From contig NW_021835179.1 in assembly GCF_006345805.1 (NCBI RefSeq), forward strand, positions 1 through 53,729: a DNA stretch of 53,729 nt, written 5' to 3'. This DNA comes from Octopus sinensis. Taxonomy: Eukaryota. The notes beneath the pieces were generated by a model. The model was given only the letters and a program-made list of their open reading frames with translations. It was not told where the DNA came from and made no database searches. The position numbers were made by a program, and so were the translations under genes. Positions 1 to 14,404 of the stretch are shown here, in pieces; position 1 is the first letter of the stretch, and each line of letters opens with the position of its first letter.

Positions 1-210
1 GTACATAAGTATTGACGTAGGCAAGCAAAAATGATATCACGCTAATACAGACGTACACATAAATGCAGAAATACACAACGGCCTATACACACATACACAC
101 ACACACATATACATATATATATATACATATATACATACGTATATACATACACATATATATATGTATATCTATCTATATATATATTCATACATACATGTAT
201 GTATATATAT

Positions 211-254
<44 letters not shown>

Positions 255-396
255 TATATATTATATATATATATCCATGCATATGTTTTGATGATTATAT
301 AGTTATATATGTATATACATACGCTTCTAAAAATGATGAAAGGAAATGCGAAATGCGAAATTCGCACGAAATACGAACTGTACCCTATATATATAT

Positions 397-429
<33 letters not shown>

Positions 430-482
430 TGTGTGTGTGTTTGTGTGTGTTTGTGTGTGTGTGTGTGTGTATGTATGTTATT

Positions 483-680
483 TGACAGAATCGTCAATAG
501 GCCGGGCAAAGTGCGTAGCGGTATTTTGTCTGTCTCTACGTTCTGAGTTCATGTTCCACCTGAGGTCGACTTTGCCTTTCATTCTTTCGCGTCTACAAAA
601 TACGTATCAGTCGAACAATGGGGGGCCGATTTAACCATCTCCCACCAAATTGCTGGCCTTGTGCCGAAATTTGAAACCAA
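483..680 (+). mobile_element. SINE copy (family A, tRNA-like head, GAGGTCGACTTTGCCTTTCA core)
   Basis: Matches the GCCGGGCAAA..GTTCTGAGTTCA..GAGGTCGACTTTGCCTTTCAT consensus that recurs about 10 times in the window. Confidence 0.75.
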
Positions 681-1156
681 TACATGTGTGTTTGCGTGTG
701 TGTATACATACGGATTTATATTAAAAGTTTCGATATTATTTTAATTGGCCTACACTCTTATGCCTAGCATTTATTGTACTGCATTTTGCCTCAAACTGGT
801 ACAACAGACAGCAACGTTTAAAAACAGCGCATTGTTGACAAATAATCTTCGCTTAATATTTCATTGGGAACAAAACAGAACAACGGAAGCGTTCCCATCA
901 AGAAAGTTTGTACTAATGTTCCATTTTATTCAGAATGAAATATATAATAAGGAGTTATTACAAAGATAAAATGAGAAAAAACAACATAGAAAACAACCTT
1001 CAAGGCGTTAGTATTATATTCTGTACACATGCTGAAATATTTCACTATTCTTAGTAATATATTTTTTTCCAATTATATATTCCCACTACGAGAATGAAGA
1101 AAATGTCCATTCCCTTCCGGCTGTTCGCATACTTATAAGAATACATACGTAAGTCC

Positions 1157-1322
1157 ATACATACATACATACATACATACATACATACATACATACATAC
1201 ATACATACATACATACATACATTTATACATACATACATACATACATACATGCATGCATACATACATACATACATGCATACATACATACATACATACATAC
1301 ATGCATACATATTTATACATAC
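1157..1322. repeat. (TACA)n microsatellite
   Basis: Direct reading of the sequence. Confidence 0.95.
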
Positions 1323-1609
1323 ATCTACACATGCGTGCATGCATATGGACGTAATATATATATGTACAAATAAAAACTAAAAATTTACATAAAATATGAA
1401 TCGTACTGTATGTGTGAGTATGTGCACGTGTGCTTATATATATATATATATATATACATATTTATATAAGACATATATAAGTATACATATTACATATGCA
1501 TATAATACATATATGTTTATATACATACTTATATATGAATATATATGTTATATATACATGCATATGATATATATATGTATACACACATACATTTACGTAT
1601 GTCTGTATG

Positions 1610-1646
<37 letters not shown>

Positions 1647-3285
1647 GCATGTAAGTGTGTATGAATGTGTGTATATATATGTGTGTATATATATATGTAT
1701 AAATATAAAAACATACATATAGATGTATGTATGTATACACATGTATGTATGCATACACATATAGATGTATGTATGCATACACATATATGTATATATACAT
1801 ACATATATATACACACACAAACACGCCCACACACACACACACACGCCCACACACATACATACACACACATATATATATTCACACATATTTCGCACCTCAT
1901 ATTTCATGTGAAATTCTATGTCGATTCCATTTTTATTTGATATTTTCATCTTTGATCATTTTCTCTCCTTTCGCTTTGTGTGCTAGAAATATTTACAGTT
2001 GTCTTTTATTTACTACTTAAACATTATAATAATACAAATTTGTCCAGGATTAATAAAAATAGTTTTTGAATATTTCGAGAGATGAAACGGTGACGAAATA
2101 CCAAGAAAAGAAATACGTGGATTGTACTGTGTGTATTTATTACTCACCAATATAACAAGTGTATAATTTACTACGTGTATTGAATATCGTGATACGTACG
2201 TACGTACATACATACAAAGAATATTAATGGATTACAGGGAACAGTGGTGAAACACTAGGAATACTGGTGGAATACCCCAGTAACAGTTTCTCAACCACAT
2301 TTACAAACACCGGGAACTCTCTTAATTCAAAAAGTCTTGTCGCTTTGTTATCGACAGGCTTGAACTCTCTCAAGAAAAACTTAAATAAAACTCTAAGAAA
2401 AATCACATGTGTGTGTGTGTGTGTGTGTGTGCATCAGAGGCCACTCCAGATCATCAGCGTCATTCGGGCTCATCACAGATTTCGCATGACACATGCCTGT
2501 TCGAAGAATTTCACGTTTTCCTGCAATATTTTTAGCCCCAAATAGCATTTAAAAATATATATATATATCTAGCACTATGTCTTTCTCTGTTTCTAAGTTA
2601 AGGGTAAAAATAAAGTAACCCTGCAAAACACAGCTGAGCTTTACACACAGACGCACAGAATAACAGCAATCAAAAAGCGACAGCGGAGTGCACAACAAAC
2701 ATCAGCGATCTGACTGTCACCTGTACTCTTGAGAAGATATACCAGTTAGATTTTTACACCTACCGGGCTCGTCACATAGTAGCCCGAGTTGCGGTATAAT
2801 TTTTCGTTCCTTTAAGAATATTGTAGAACAGAAACTTTTCATAGATTGGAATTTAAATCCTAATCTCTAAAGAAATTTATTGTTTCAAGAAAACGTTGAA
2901 TTGGAATTATTTTTACATTTTACGATTATAGATAACAACACGGGTTGTAACTACTGAGTCCAAGTCAGGCGCGTGTGAACGATGTTGAGAGAATGTCTGC
3001 TACGAATGATATTTTTTGACAGAGGGCACCTCTAAGACAACCGCCAGACGCTGAACGAAAATAAGTAAACAGTAACCAGGCTCAATAAAAGGTGCCTGAG
3101 TTGTTGACAGAAATTACACGCTTGAAGTCAGTGTTGGCAGAAATGAAATCAGCTTGTAAATATACGTTCACTTTACTAAATTTATGCGCGGGCTCAGCCC
3201 GAACAACCTGAGTACCGGAGTCACACACACACACGGCGATTTTTTTCCCTCTGTCTTCCCTTCTCTGGATCTTTCCTTCTCCTAT

Positions 3286-3320
3286 GTTTCCGACGAAGAG
3301 ATCTGCTCGAAACGTTAAAC
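3286..3320 (+). ncRNA. Minimal type I hammerhead ribozyme motif, core variant CCGACGA
   Basis: gttt-CCGACGA-agagatctgctc-GAAA-cg-TT-aaac. Stem I is gttt/aaac. Same repeat family as 28558-28592. Confidence 0.5.
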
Positions 3321-3488
3321 CCTCCTTCTTTCCTTCTTTCCTGAGCATCCAATAATACTATATTTGTTCCACGTTCTCGCGTTGTTGTGTTTTTTTGTGC
3401 TTTCTTGTTTGGATTAACTATATATATTTATATAAATATATATATATGTATATAAATATATATATATATATGTATAATATATGTATAG

Positions 3489-3550
<62 letters not shown>

Positions 3551-3789
3551 CTATATATATATATATATAAAATATGTGTGTCATGTATGCACCAACCTTT
3601 GCCATCGATTCCTGGCTCTGGTCATGGCTGTACATTCAGTCAAAGGTCTCTCTGTCATTCTTTGGTCACGTCCTACAATGTCATGCTGGTCTCCTTTCTC
3701 GTTTCCAATAGACTATTTTCTCTAGGATGCGAGTGCTCAGTTTCTGGGATCTGATGATATGCCCAAAATACTGCAGCTTTCCTTTCATT

Positions 3790-4090
3790 GGTATTAGAAT
3801 CAGGGAAATTAGGAGCCCAGAAATTGAGGCTGGTGAAATCGTAGAAATTTCCTGACAATTACTTCTGACTCTTTCCAGAGGTACATGGTAAGAACCCTAA
3901 TCCTGCAGCCACATATGGCCTTCCAGTCGCAGTCCTCTCCAACATCACATAACCGCCTGTATTGAGCTAAATGCCATGTTCAAAGATATGGGCGGCATAA
4001 TGTCACCCTCCCTGGATACACGGCCAAAGACCATCACAGACAGGGAGAATTTGGTTTTCAATGTGTTGTACTCGCATGAAACCTTAATAC
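3790..4090 (-). pseudogene. Decayed DD37D/maT-like (Tc1/mariner superfamily) transposase fragment
   Basis: Minus strand reads KTKFSLSVMVFGRVSREGDIMPP and NFYDFTSLNFWAPNFPDSN, resembling the SVMV..G.VS.EG..MPP and WPPNSPD motifs. Frameshifts and stops are present. Confidence 0.6.
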
Positions 4091-4576
4091 GCCAGAAGCT
4101 ACCTGCACTATATATATATATATATATATAAAAGTATCATTAGAGACAGAAATCCCCCTAAAATTCATCAAAGCAGAATATAAATTCAACCATGTCATAG
4201 AATATTATATTTAATACTTACTATTCATGTTCAAAGTTGTCGACTACACGTGTTTCATGAGGTTGTATACTATGTTCTTAAGACATCCAGTCTCTTACAG
4301 AACCTCTCTTTATATACAATCCCAATCTTCAGGTCCACTTATCCTCCATTTATAATTTTATCTATCATTATATATTTCAACTTACAGGTATATCAAACTA
4401 CACAGATGTATAAATTTCTGGCATGTCAAAACATATAGGTGTGTAAATAAATTCATTGAACTCTACAGTTTATGTATGTATGTATGTATGTATGTAATTA
4501 TGTATGTATGTATGTATGTATGTATGTATGTATGTATGTATGTATGTATTATGTATGTATATATGTATATATATAT

Positions 4577-4620
<44 letters not shown>

Positions 4621-4769
4621 GGTGAATGAATTATCCTATGTTTATCGTCAGCATGGAAAATTCGTTTAACCGAAACCTGGGTAGCTGTCTTCGAAACATA
4701 TGTCGAGAGTAAAGGAATTTTGCTAACATCTTCGTTTGACTCCATTCTTTCATTTATATATATATGTAT

Positions 4770-5111
4770 GTATGGCTCAGTGGTTAGAGCGTCGAGCTTT
4801 CGATCGTGAGGTTGTGAGCTCGAATCCCGGACCGGACTGCGTGTTGTGTTCTTGAGCAAGACACTTTATTTCACGTTGCTCCAGTTCCCTCAGCTGTAGA
4901 AATGAGTTGCGACGTCACTGATGCCAAGCTGTATCGACCTTTGTCTATCCCTTGGATAACACTGGTGGCGTGGAGAGGGGAGGCTGGTATGCATGGGCGA
5001 CTGCTGGCCTTCCATAAACAACCTTGCCCGGACTTGTGTCTAGGAGGGTAACTTTCTAAGTGCAATCCCATGGTCATTCATGACCGAAGGGGGTCTTTAC
5101 CCTTTACCCTT
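4770..5111 (+). mobile_element. tRNA-derived SINE (family B)
   Basis: A box TGGCTCAGTGG, B-box-like GCTCGAATCC, CORE-like GTTCTTGAGCAAGACACTT, and a (CTTTACC)n tail. Confidence 0.8.
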
Positions 5112-5221
5112 TATATTTACATATAGGGAGAGTTACAAAAAAACAAAAAACAAAAGACGAAAACAGGTGGTGTACAAAACAAGCAGATGTATTAGTATAA
5201 CGCTCAGGAATAGAAAAAGTA

Positions 5222-5256
5222 TTTTATGTTTCGAGCCTACGCTCTTCTACAGAAAG
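5222..5256 (-). ncRNA. Degenerate minimal hammerhead motif (CUGUAGA core)
   Basis: cttt-CTGTAGA-a-gagc-gtag-gctc-GAAA-ca-TA-aaa. Same family as 30318-30353. Confidence 0.4.
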
Positions 5257-6058
5257 GGACAGAGAAAAAACAAGGAGAGATACAGGAAAGTTTAGAAAGT
5301 ATAAAAATGAATTTAAAAATAATGTAATGACAATAATAACAGTTTTACGTAAAGTTCTTGACGTCGTGGTGTGTTGCAAGGATTTCTCATCAAGAGTAGA
5401 GTCCACTGTGATCCGTAGGTAGGAGAGGTGCAGCCGGAGGGTAAGTATCCAAACGAGAATCCGTGTGCTTATGCACGTACACAAGATGTTGATTTAAAAA
5501 GATTGAGGGACACACATTACATGTACACACACATATACGTACGTACAACAACCATACGTATCTTCGTACACACACAAACAATCACGATCGCATGAGTACA
5601 AATGGATATGTACTAAATTTAGGGTACATTACTTAATTTAGAACTGTATACTGCACTGTAGTCCTTGATGCATCCATTCTAGTTACTTTTCCAGATCCCA
5701 AATTGCTGCCCTTTATTATTTATGTATGGCAGGTAAAATATTTCGCAGTTTCAGGTTCTTCGTTTATCTTCGCGAGATTTGTTTTAGCTGCATCATGTGA
5801 ATTGTAAAATTCACCACACACACATGCACACACACGCATGAACATACATGCACACACGTACACATTATGTATACCTGTATGTATGCTTCTCTATGTGTGA
5901 TTACGAATATATATATATATATATATCCTACTTGTACGCACATACAATGTGAGTATATATTTATGGTGAGGAAAAATCGATGCGCACAACAGTGTAACCA
6001 ATATATATATATATCTACATCTGTGTGTGTATGCATATACTATGTCTCCATGTATGTA

Positions 6059-6099
<41 letters not shown>

Positions 6100-6197
6100 G
6101 TATATACATATATATATTTACATACATATATATAATATGCTGTTATATATGTTCAGGTATGTATATATGTGTGTATACATATACATATATATACATG

Positions 6198-6271
<74 letters not shown>

Positions 6272-6480
6272 GTATTATATATATATATACGTATATATAC
6301 ACATATGTATATATGCATAATATATATGTTCATGCATGTATATATATATATAATATATATATATATATACATGTATAACGTATATACACATACGTATATG
6401 TATATATGCATATATATATGTTCATGCATGTATGTATATATATATATATATGTATACATATATATATATATATATATATA

Positions 6481-6517
<37 letters not shown>

Positions 6518-8026
6518 TATATATATACGTATATACACGTACGTATATGTATATACGCATGTATATATGTTCATGCATGTATGTATGTATATATATATAC
6601 ATATAAAGTGTGAAAAATATCTAAAACGAATAAACTTGTGAAACATTAGAAAAGAAAAAAACAAACAAACGAGTAAACTATAAACAAACTGCCTCCCAGA
6701 AAGAGAAGTAAAACAAAACAAGACAATCTGTTTGTGTTGTTTATGTATGAATATCTGAGCAGAACGAAACGGAATTCAAACACACGCACATGCACACACT
6801 CGCTTACACACAAGCACACACACACTCTCATATACATGCATATATATATGAATTTATACCCCCGGATTTTTTTTAAAAAAGGGGGAAAAAATATCCACTG
6901 CAGATCACGCGATCAGAAGCGTGAAGATATATTTGCGGTTTTGCGAGACTTTTCACTATTGATAGCTCATCCTTATTTATCGAACATAAAATCTAACAGT
7001 CCAATGAAACAATAGAAGAATAAGAACCACCATTTTTGTCCTTCAGAAACATCTCCCCAGGAATTTTTTTTTTGCTGAAATTATCAAAAAAATATCAACC
7101 ATCATTCATCTCGTTTAACGTTTTTGTGTGTATATGACATATCTTAGAGTGAACGATTTTGCGACGAATGCAAAACATTTCTTATTTTTTCTGTTAACGA
7201 CGATGGTTTAAAATTTATTTTTCATAGTTTATTAGAAAGAAAAAAAGGGTCAATGCACGTATCCCTTCTTCGGATTGATGATAAAGTTATTTTTCCTACA
7301 CAGCCTTAGTCGGAGTTGGTTTAAACAATATATGTACACATAAACACGAAGACACGTACTTACATTTACCAGAGAGGGAGCCCCACTAAGCTAATCCAAG
7401 GACGAGGTGGTTGTACTAAACCAGGATGTAGATTACTTGTGCCACCGTAAGACAGGAATAATCCCCCTAATGTTCTACCTCACACTTTCCGTTTACTAAA
7501 TTTTACTTACAATGCTTTGGCCGCTCAAACGATAGGACAGAAGACACTTATCCATGATGCACCTGTAAAAATTTCTGTGGAATTGGTTGGCTAGGAGCTT
7601 ATTTCTTTCATGGCTGTATCCCCCAAGCAAACAGAATAAAGATCTTAAATGAAATATAGGAGATGAGGAAAATGTGGAAAGCCTGTGCCGGCAGTTAAAA
7701 ATAATTAGTGTAATTTTGCAAAAAACTCATGTTTCTAAATAGGTTTTCATTTGATAGTGATCTAGTTTAGATCCAGGTCGGGCCGGATCAGATAAATTAT
7801 GGGCAAAAGTGATGATGTCATGGCCTTCCATCTTTTTGTTGTCAAACATTTATGTATATGTTTTTCTTCTTTTATGTATATGCTTTTTCCTCTTTTTTTC
7901 TTTAAAAAAGGTAAGGTGTGATTTGTGAAAGATTTGGTTACTGTGTCTAGGCATTTGAACTTGGTTATTTCTTATGAGGACAAAATAGTGGGGTCCGTAT
8001 AAACGACAATAGTAAATAAATAGACT

Positions 8027-8580
<554 letters not shown>

Positions 8581-8693
8581 ACTTCTGTAATGTGATGCCC
8601 AGGATGGCCACAGATTATTGACTGAAGCCAATAACAGAATAAAGATGTATATTGGGACCATGTAAATGTCTTGTCTTTATTCTAGCCAGAATA

Positions 8694-9739
8694 CGAGTAG
8701 GTACCCCAAAGTAACAGGAAACGTTCTCCGAGGGACAAGCCCATTGTAGTTCAGACTTCCGCTGCTAGAAGCCACTTGATGCAATCCTCAGGCATCAGTC
8801 TGCCAACCGGCGTCGTATAGTGAAGTTATACTGCCACGTGGTGCGTCTTTGTTTTGCAGTGCTTCTCCCTTGATTGTCGATTTTTGCGATGGCTGAAACG
8901 AAGGATCTGCGTGCTTCCGTAAAATTCTGTTTTCTGCCGGGGAACACAGCAGCCGAAACAGTTGTCAGGCTTCAAAAAACTTACAAGGACGCTACCATGA
9001 GTAAAACACAAGTTTACGTGTGGTTTTCACACTTTAGGAATGGTCACATGTCACTTGAAGATCAATCTCGTTCAGGGCGACCATAGACCTCCCGAACGAA
9101 TGAAAGCATCACGAAAATTCATGAACTGATCTTGGAAGACCGCCGCCAAACAATTGGCGAACTTGTTGATATGACTGGTTTGTCCTGGAGCTCCTGCCAA
9201 CGAATTTTGAGCAAGGAATTGCAGCAAAATGTGTGCCTCTCTTGCTCACGGAAGATCAAAAAAGGTCACGACTGAATGCATGCATATCGTGAACTGAGAG
9301 AACAGCTGAACGTTGATCCGGACCTTTTTCGAAGGTCATCCCTGGAAAAGAAAGATGTGAGACTTGTGGCAAAGTGGAGAGTGGTGGTTTCATCTCGACA
9401 ATGCATCTGTGCACACCACCTTGAGTGTGACCAAAAGTGATATGACCCCCGATCTTGCTCCCTGCGACTTTTTTTCTTTTTGTTTCCCCGAATGGGAAAA
9501 TTCCTCAAAGGAAAACATTTTGCAGATGTGGAAGAGGTGAAGAAAAAAAAAACGATGGTGGTGTTAAAAGGAATCACTTCGCAAGAGTTTCAGGGTTGCT
9601 TCGAACAGTGGAAAACGCGTCTGGACCGATGCATTGCTTCAAATGGAGAATACTTTGAAGGCAATAAAAGTGTAAACATGTAAAACTAAGTGAATAAAAT
9701 AATATCGCAAAATTCTGTTTTCTTTTGGGCACCCACTCG
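8694..9739 (+). mobile_element. Mariner DNA transposon, internally deleted, with pseudogenised transposase
   Basis: TA|CGAGTAGGTACCCCAAAG ... CTTTTGGGCACCCACTCG|TA imperfect TIRs with TA TSD. N-terminus LRASVKFCF..GNTAAET..LEDQSRSGRP; C-terminus LKGKHF..WKTRLDRCIASNGEYFE. Confidence 0.9.
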
Positions 9740-9927
9740 TACAGGAGCAAAATGCTTATAATGAACCTGAATTCATGGAAACAGACGGCAGTTTTGCACC
9801 AATTTAGCCTAGCTAGCAAACAGCAAATTACTTATTCAAACAACGATTAAACATGATTTGAGGGAGATTTGGCTACCGGAAACAATATGCCCTACCATTT
9901 TAAATAATGAAAGCAAACAATAGATAA

Positions 9928-10270
9928 TTACTTACTTAAGCCCTTCGCCCTCGAAGGAGCAAAATCCAGCAACGGCTTTTCTCCACTTTTCTTGACACTA
10001 TGCTGCCTCTTGATTCTCTCCCGTTGGATACCTGCTTCGTAAGCTGTGTTTCCTTGAGGGAAGGCATTCCTCTCCCAGGTCTTGGTTTTGGATTGTCATC
10101 GATGTTTTTTTCCAAAGTAGAGATGTTTGCCCGACAAACCCACTTTTACCTCTTGGATGAGATGGTCCATGTTAGTCTGGCCTCTATCCTTTGGGCTGCC
10201 CAACAAAGGTGGCTCTACCAGGAGCTTGCACTCTGTATAATTCTCTTGAGCAACACAAGCCACTTAACAA
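9928..10270 (-). mobile_element. RTE-like LINE 3' end fragment
   Basis: Minus strand ends QEKWRKAVAGFCSFEGEGLK* followed by a (TAAG)n tail, as is typical of RTE C-termini. Confidence 0.45.
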
Positions 10271-10838
10271 GGATTGGACCTTGTGGTAGAAATAATAGAT
10301 AAGACAGGATGGTCATAGATATAACACCTTTGTATTGTTAGCCTACGAACAGAAATGGCCAGGAGTAAAGCAACAGCAACATAATAGTGAAGCAACGAAG
10401 GATCCTTCGAGTGATCGCACGACCTGCTAATAATGGAAGCCGTATCTGCTTTAAATCACACACAACCATTTAAAAAGAAACGTAGGTTGAATAATGTCCT
10501 GAGTTCCCTGCTATTAGAAAAAAAGCTACGATGGTGACGACTGGAATGCATCTTACCCTAGGTTTGATCAATGTGGGCTGCTCTTTCTCCACCAACTAGT
10601 CAATAAATGAAACAAAAAAGAATTACCGTGTCTATTCAATATGTCCTTCATTAATTTTCAAACAATAGGATTGAGATCTGAAAGACATTTGGATGATATT
10701 TCTAGCAGGTCGATCAACCACATTATAGCCCCTTCATTGAATATATTTGAGATGGTGCTGAAGTGGCTCATTCTAAGGATGATTTCCAATAACACGGGAC
10801 CAAAAAAAAAACCGTATAGTAAAAAGCGAATATTAATA

Positions 10839-10963
10839 TTAAACAAAAATGGCCAAGCAAGACTTTAGGTTTACTGAGCTGAAGAAGGTTGCCGCAGAAG
10901 TGAGAAAAGAAGTATTAGAAGCCATTCCGGCTTTTGTGAAATCTGTCCTTATCTTTGGAGATA
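10839..10963 (-). CDS. Candidate terminal exon of an unidentified minus-strand gene
   Basis: Strong acceptor TTTTTGTTTTCCTCAACAG. One frame gives SPKIRTDFTKAGMASNTSFLTSAATFFSSVNLKSCLAIFV*; the true frame is uncertain. Confidence 0.35.
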
Positions 10964-11131
10964 CTGTTGAGGAAAACAAAAATGGATTTGTAGTAAAGAA
11001 GGGAGAGTAAATTGGTTTAGCATTTGTATTTTTACAACTTGAATCAAAATGTCCAATGAAACAACAGCGGAAACAGTAACGAAAACAAAATCAATTATAC
11101 GGATTATTCGCTTTAGAATACATCATACTGT

Positions 11132-11176
11132 TACTACTACTACTACTGCTGCTGCGACTACTACTACTACTACTAC

Positions 11177-11228
<52 letters not shown>

Positions 11229-11234
11229 CACCAT

Positions 11235-11269
<35 letters not shown>

Positions 11270-11279
11270 GCACCACCAT

Positions 11280-11320
<41 letters not shown>
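11132..11320. repeat. (TAC)n/(CAC)n microsatellite
   Basis: Direct reading of the sequence. Confidence 0.95.
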
Positions 11321-11523
11321 AATATTAAAATAGAAAAAAAGATGTAGATGATAATAGTTATCAATCAATATGATTTTATGGAAGTGCGTGTTTATCTTTT
11401 GTTTTTCTTGTTAATGTTATGCTTTTCATAGATTACTGGATTTAGCTAAAATTTCGATTGCTGCCTAATCTGCCACTGTCTACTTAACATGTATCTATAT
11501 ATGCATATATATATATATGTATG

Positions 11524-11556
<33 letters not shown>

Positions 11557-12120
11557 ATATATATATATATGCATATATATATATGTATATATATATGTAT
11601 ATATATATATATGTAATGAATTAGCTTTATATACACACACTTATATGTATGTACGTACATGTATATATATAGGAAGAAAGAGCTTTTCTTTCAGTCATGT
11701 ATCAAAAACAAGAATGTTCTAGTTTTATCTTATTTTTTCCTCAAGTTACTTTTTTTTCTTTTTTTCCATATTTTAGTAAGTATTCCTTGTAGGTTGTATG
11801 GAACGGTGAAGTTTCTAAATCCAACAACAACAACAAAAACAACATTTTTAGGCCTTCATAATCTCATCATCAGTTTAAAGTGATGCTGACATATGTTGTT
11901 ACCTCTTTATAGGAAGCGGGTTCATTCGGTTTGGTGTAAATAACACAGACGGAACATGTATTTTGATGATTACATGTATACGTCATCAGTCAGGTATTAC
12001 ATCTGTTTGTGACTAATGTATATTTATTTTAGTATTGCGTGGGGTTACGAGTATTCCATGGAATAACACAAACATTAATGAACAACGAATTATCTGAACA
12101 ACTAATAGACAAAGGAATAG

Positions 12121-12534
12121 GGATCTTTTCGGTTTGAACGGCAGTTTTTTTCTAGTGGTGTTATGTGAAATTGTCACCCATAATTATGACCCTAGTATCA
12201 ATCTATTGCATTTCAATCTGTTTTAGGGTTAGGGGTGGGGGAAGGGTATCTTTTTTTCTTCACAAATATAAATAAACCCAATCTGTTTCTTAAACGAGGA
12301 ACATATTCATACGGCACAGAATGTTTTTTTTACCTCAATAGACGTCATTGATTGGTTGAAATTGCAGAAATTGAAGAAAAAAAACAACAAATATCTTATA
12401 AACTATAGAAATTTCTCAATAAAGCCAAGAGAAAAAGATGTTTTATAAACATATTCTACCAGTATACGAAGTTTAAAAGTGTTTAGTTACGTGGAAATTA
12501 TTTTAAAAAACTGCCGTTCAAACCGAAAAGATCC
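12121..12534. mobile_element. MITE with perfect 30-bp TIRs, probably Merlin superfamily
   Basis: GGATCTTTTCGGTTTGAACGGCAGTTTTTT at 12121-12150 and its exact reverse complement at 12505-12534. Flanks AGGAATAG/AGGTATAG form an 8-bp TSD with one mismatch. GG termini. Confidence 0.8.
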
Positions 12535-12857
12535 AGGTATAGAACAATACAAAGACGAATAGGACGAAACAAATACATCACACACCACATTTATTAAAAT
12601 TATACAAGCGATACGTAAATTGAAATATATGAATCGAATGCGTACGAATTATAGAATAGATAATGAACACGTTATCAAAATCTCATAAAACTGAACGTAA
12701 AATGCATTATACTAAACCAGAAACTAACACTAATCACATACTACAAATTCCTAAAATTATAAGCCTTTCATTTATCATAAACCGCAGAATGTAATTCCGC
12801 AAACCAACTACTAATAACCGATTTAATTTATAAATCGTACTTTAGTAAACGTCACGA

Positions 12858-12931
12858 TCTAATAATTATATTGGCCATTCAAATATGAAACCTCCCCGTT
12901 TCATATTTGAATGGCCAATATAATTATTAGA
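12858..12931. repeat. Perfect 34-bp inverted repeat with 6-nt loop
   Basis: TCTAATAATTATATTGGCCATTCAAATATGAAAC-ctcccc-exact reverse complement. Confidence 0.95.
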
Positions 12932-13185
12932 ACGTGTATTTGGACATTATTTAAACAACAATTGCAATGCACGACGCCATAAAGCATTTCTCAGATTTTG
13001 ATATGAAAATATTACCGGACAACGCATGTATATTTTATAGAACATTCCACATAAAAAGATGATTACTGATACAATTAATATTCATAACATAAGACATTAT
13101 TAAAATAAATCCACTGCTTAAAATCAAAGCAAAATATCTGAATGATAAGGTCTAAAAGCTTAGAATTTCGGTGGTGGCATCTACT

Positions 13186-13299
13186 CCAGGCATGGGCAAC
13201 CGTTATCGAAAAGCGGGCCGTGGCGCACTACTAAAAAAAAATTAAAGATAATTTTTCGTTGGCCTGTCTTTCAGAAAGTCCCGCAGGCTGCGATTTGCC
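13186..13299. mobile_element. Possible hAT-type MITE remnant
   Basis: CAGGCATGGGCAAC start, GCGGGCCG subterminal motif, and a GCTGCGATTTGCC end truncated by a SINE. Confidence 0.35.
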
Positions 13300-13300
13300 A

Positions 13301-13489
13301 GAGAGGACAAACAAGGACAGACAAACGGATTAAGTCGATTATATCGACCCCAGTTCGTAACTGGAACTTAATTTATCGACCCCGAAAGGATGGAAGGCAA
13401 AGTCGACCTCGGCGGAATTTGAAGGTAACGGCAGACGAAATACGGCTACGGATTTCGCCCGGCGTGCTAACGTTTCTGCCAGCTCGCCG
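13301..13489 (-). mobile_element. SINE family A
   Basis: GGCAAAGTCGACCTCGGCGGAATTTGAA..TTCTGCCAGCTCGCC consensus. Confidence 0.85.
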
Positions 13490-14404
13490 TCTTCAGAAAC
13501 ATTGATGGTATATTTAGAAGAAATTTCACTGTTCCAAGCAGCAAAAGAAACCAACAAACACATAAACAAAAAAACAAGAAACTATAAAATTCCTCGATAA
13601 AAAGATTAAACAGGTGTGTGTGTGTGTGTGTTTGTTATGCGCACGCGCATGTGTGGGTGTGTAGAGGGATAGAGATTGATAAATAAATAAATATAAAACC
13701 AAAATTCTCTGTTTCTCGCAAAAAGGAGCAAAGAAAAATCTTGCTCAACAAGAGAGCAAAAGTACATCCTTTAATCCTTTGCGAAGACATACGTGTTCGC
13801 CGTGTTTTCAAACACCTTTTATGAAACTACAGACATATTTCCGAAAGACATCACATAGAACCGATGTATTTCTGAGGATATGAAATTATTCCACCAAAAA
13901 CACTATCACTACCAGCGCCACCACCCCCAACCCCCAGCAGTTGCTTCACCGCATCCTCATCGTCAGCAGTCGTCGCCACCATCATCTAGATGGAATACTT
14001 TGGTAAATAAGACATTTTATTGTTCGTTGTAATATTGTCTGCTTTATGTTTTTTTTGTTTCATTTCTGTTTTTATTGTGATTCTTTGTGTCCTTATTTTG
14101 ATTGCTATTTGACGTCTGTGTTCCGTAGGCTATTGATGGCAAGACATTTTTCAAATTAACTTGAGGTTACGAACCCATGACAGGAATAATGATACACATT
14201 TTGGGTCTTTTTCATATTTTTCATGTGATATACTTTTGATAAACACGTTGCCTTGCCTGTCACTAGTTATTAATATGTTCTTACATTACTGGCATTCTGT
14301 GGTAGCACGAATGATTGGCAGCATGAATAGATCTACTGTTAAATTTCTTTAGCACATCCGGCGTTATGAGTTCGAATTTTAACTAGAACTTCAACCTATT
14401 TCTT

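Noticed and set aside
4239-4292. Hammerhead on the minus strand (GAAA-CACGTG-TA-GTC)
   Set aside because: The 3' half fits, but the CUGANGA box and stem II are not recognisable. The same holds at about 46072-46135.
4770-4845. tRNA gene
   Set aside because: The A and B boxes continue into a SINE body and tail, with no proper cloverleaf or terminator. The same applies at 8027 and 38936.
10849-11010. 53-aa plus-strand ORF MAKQDFRFTELKKVAAEVRKEVLEAIPAF...
   Set aside because: It looks protein-like but is short, has no recognisable family, and overlaps a strong minus-strand acceptor. It is probably an antisense shadow.
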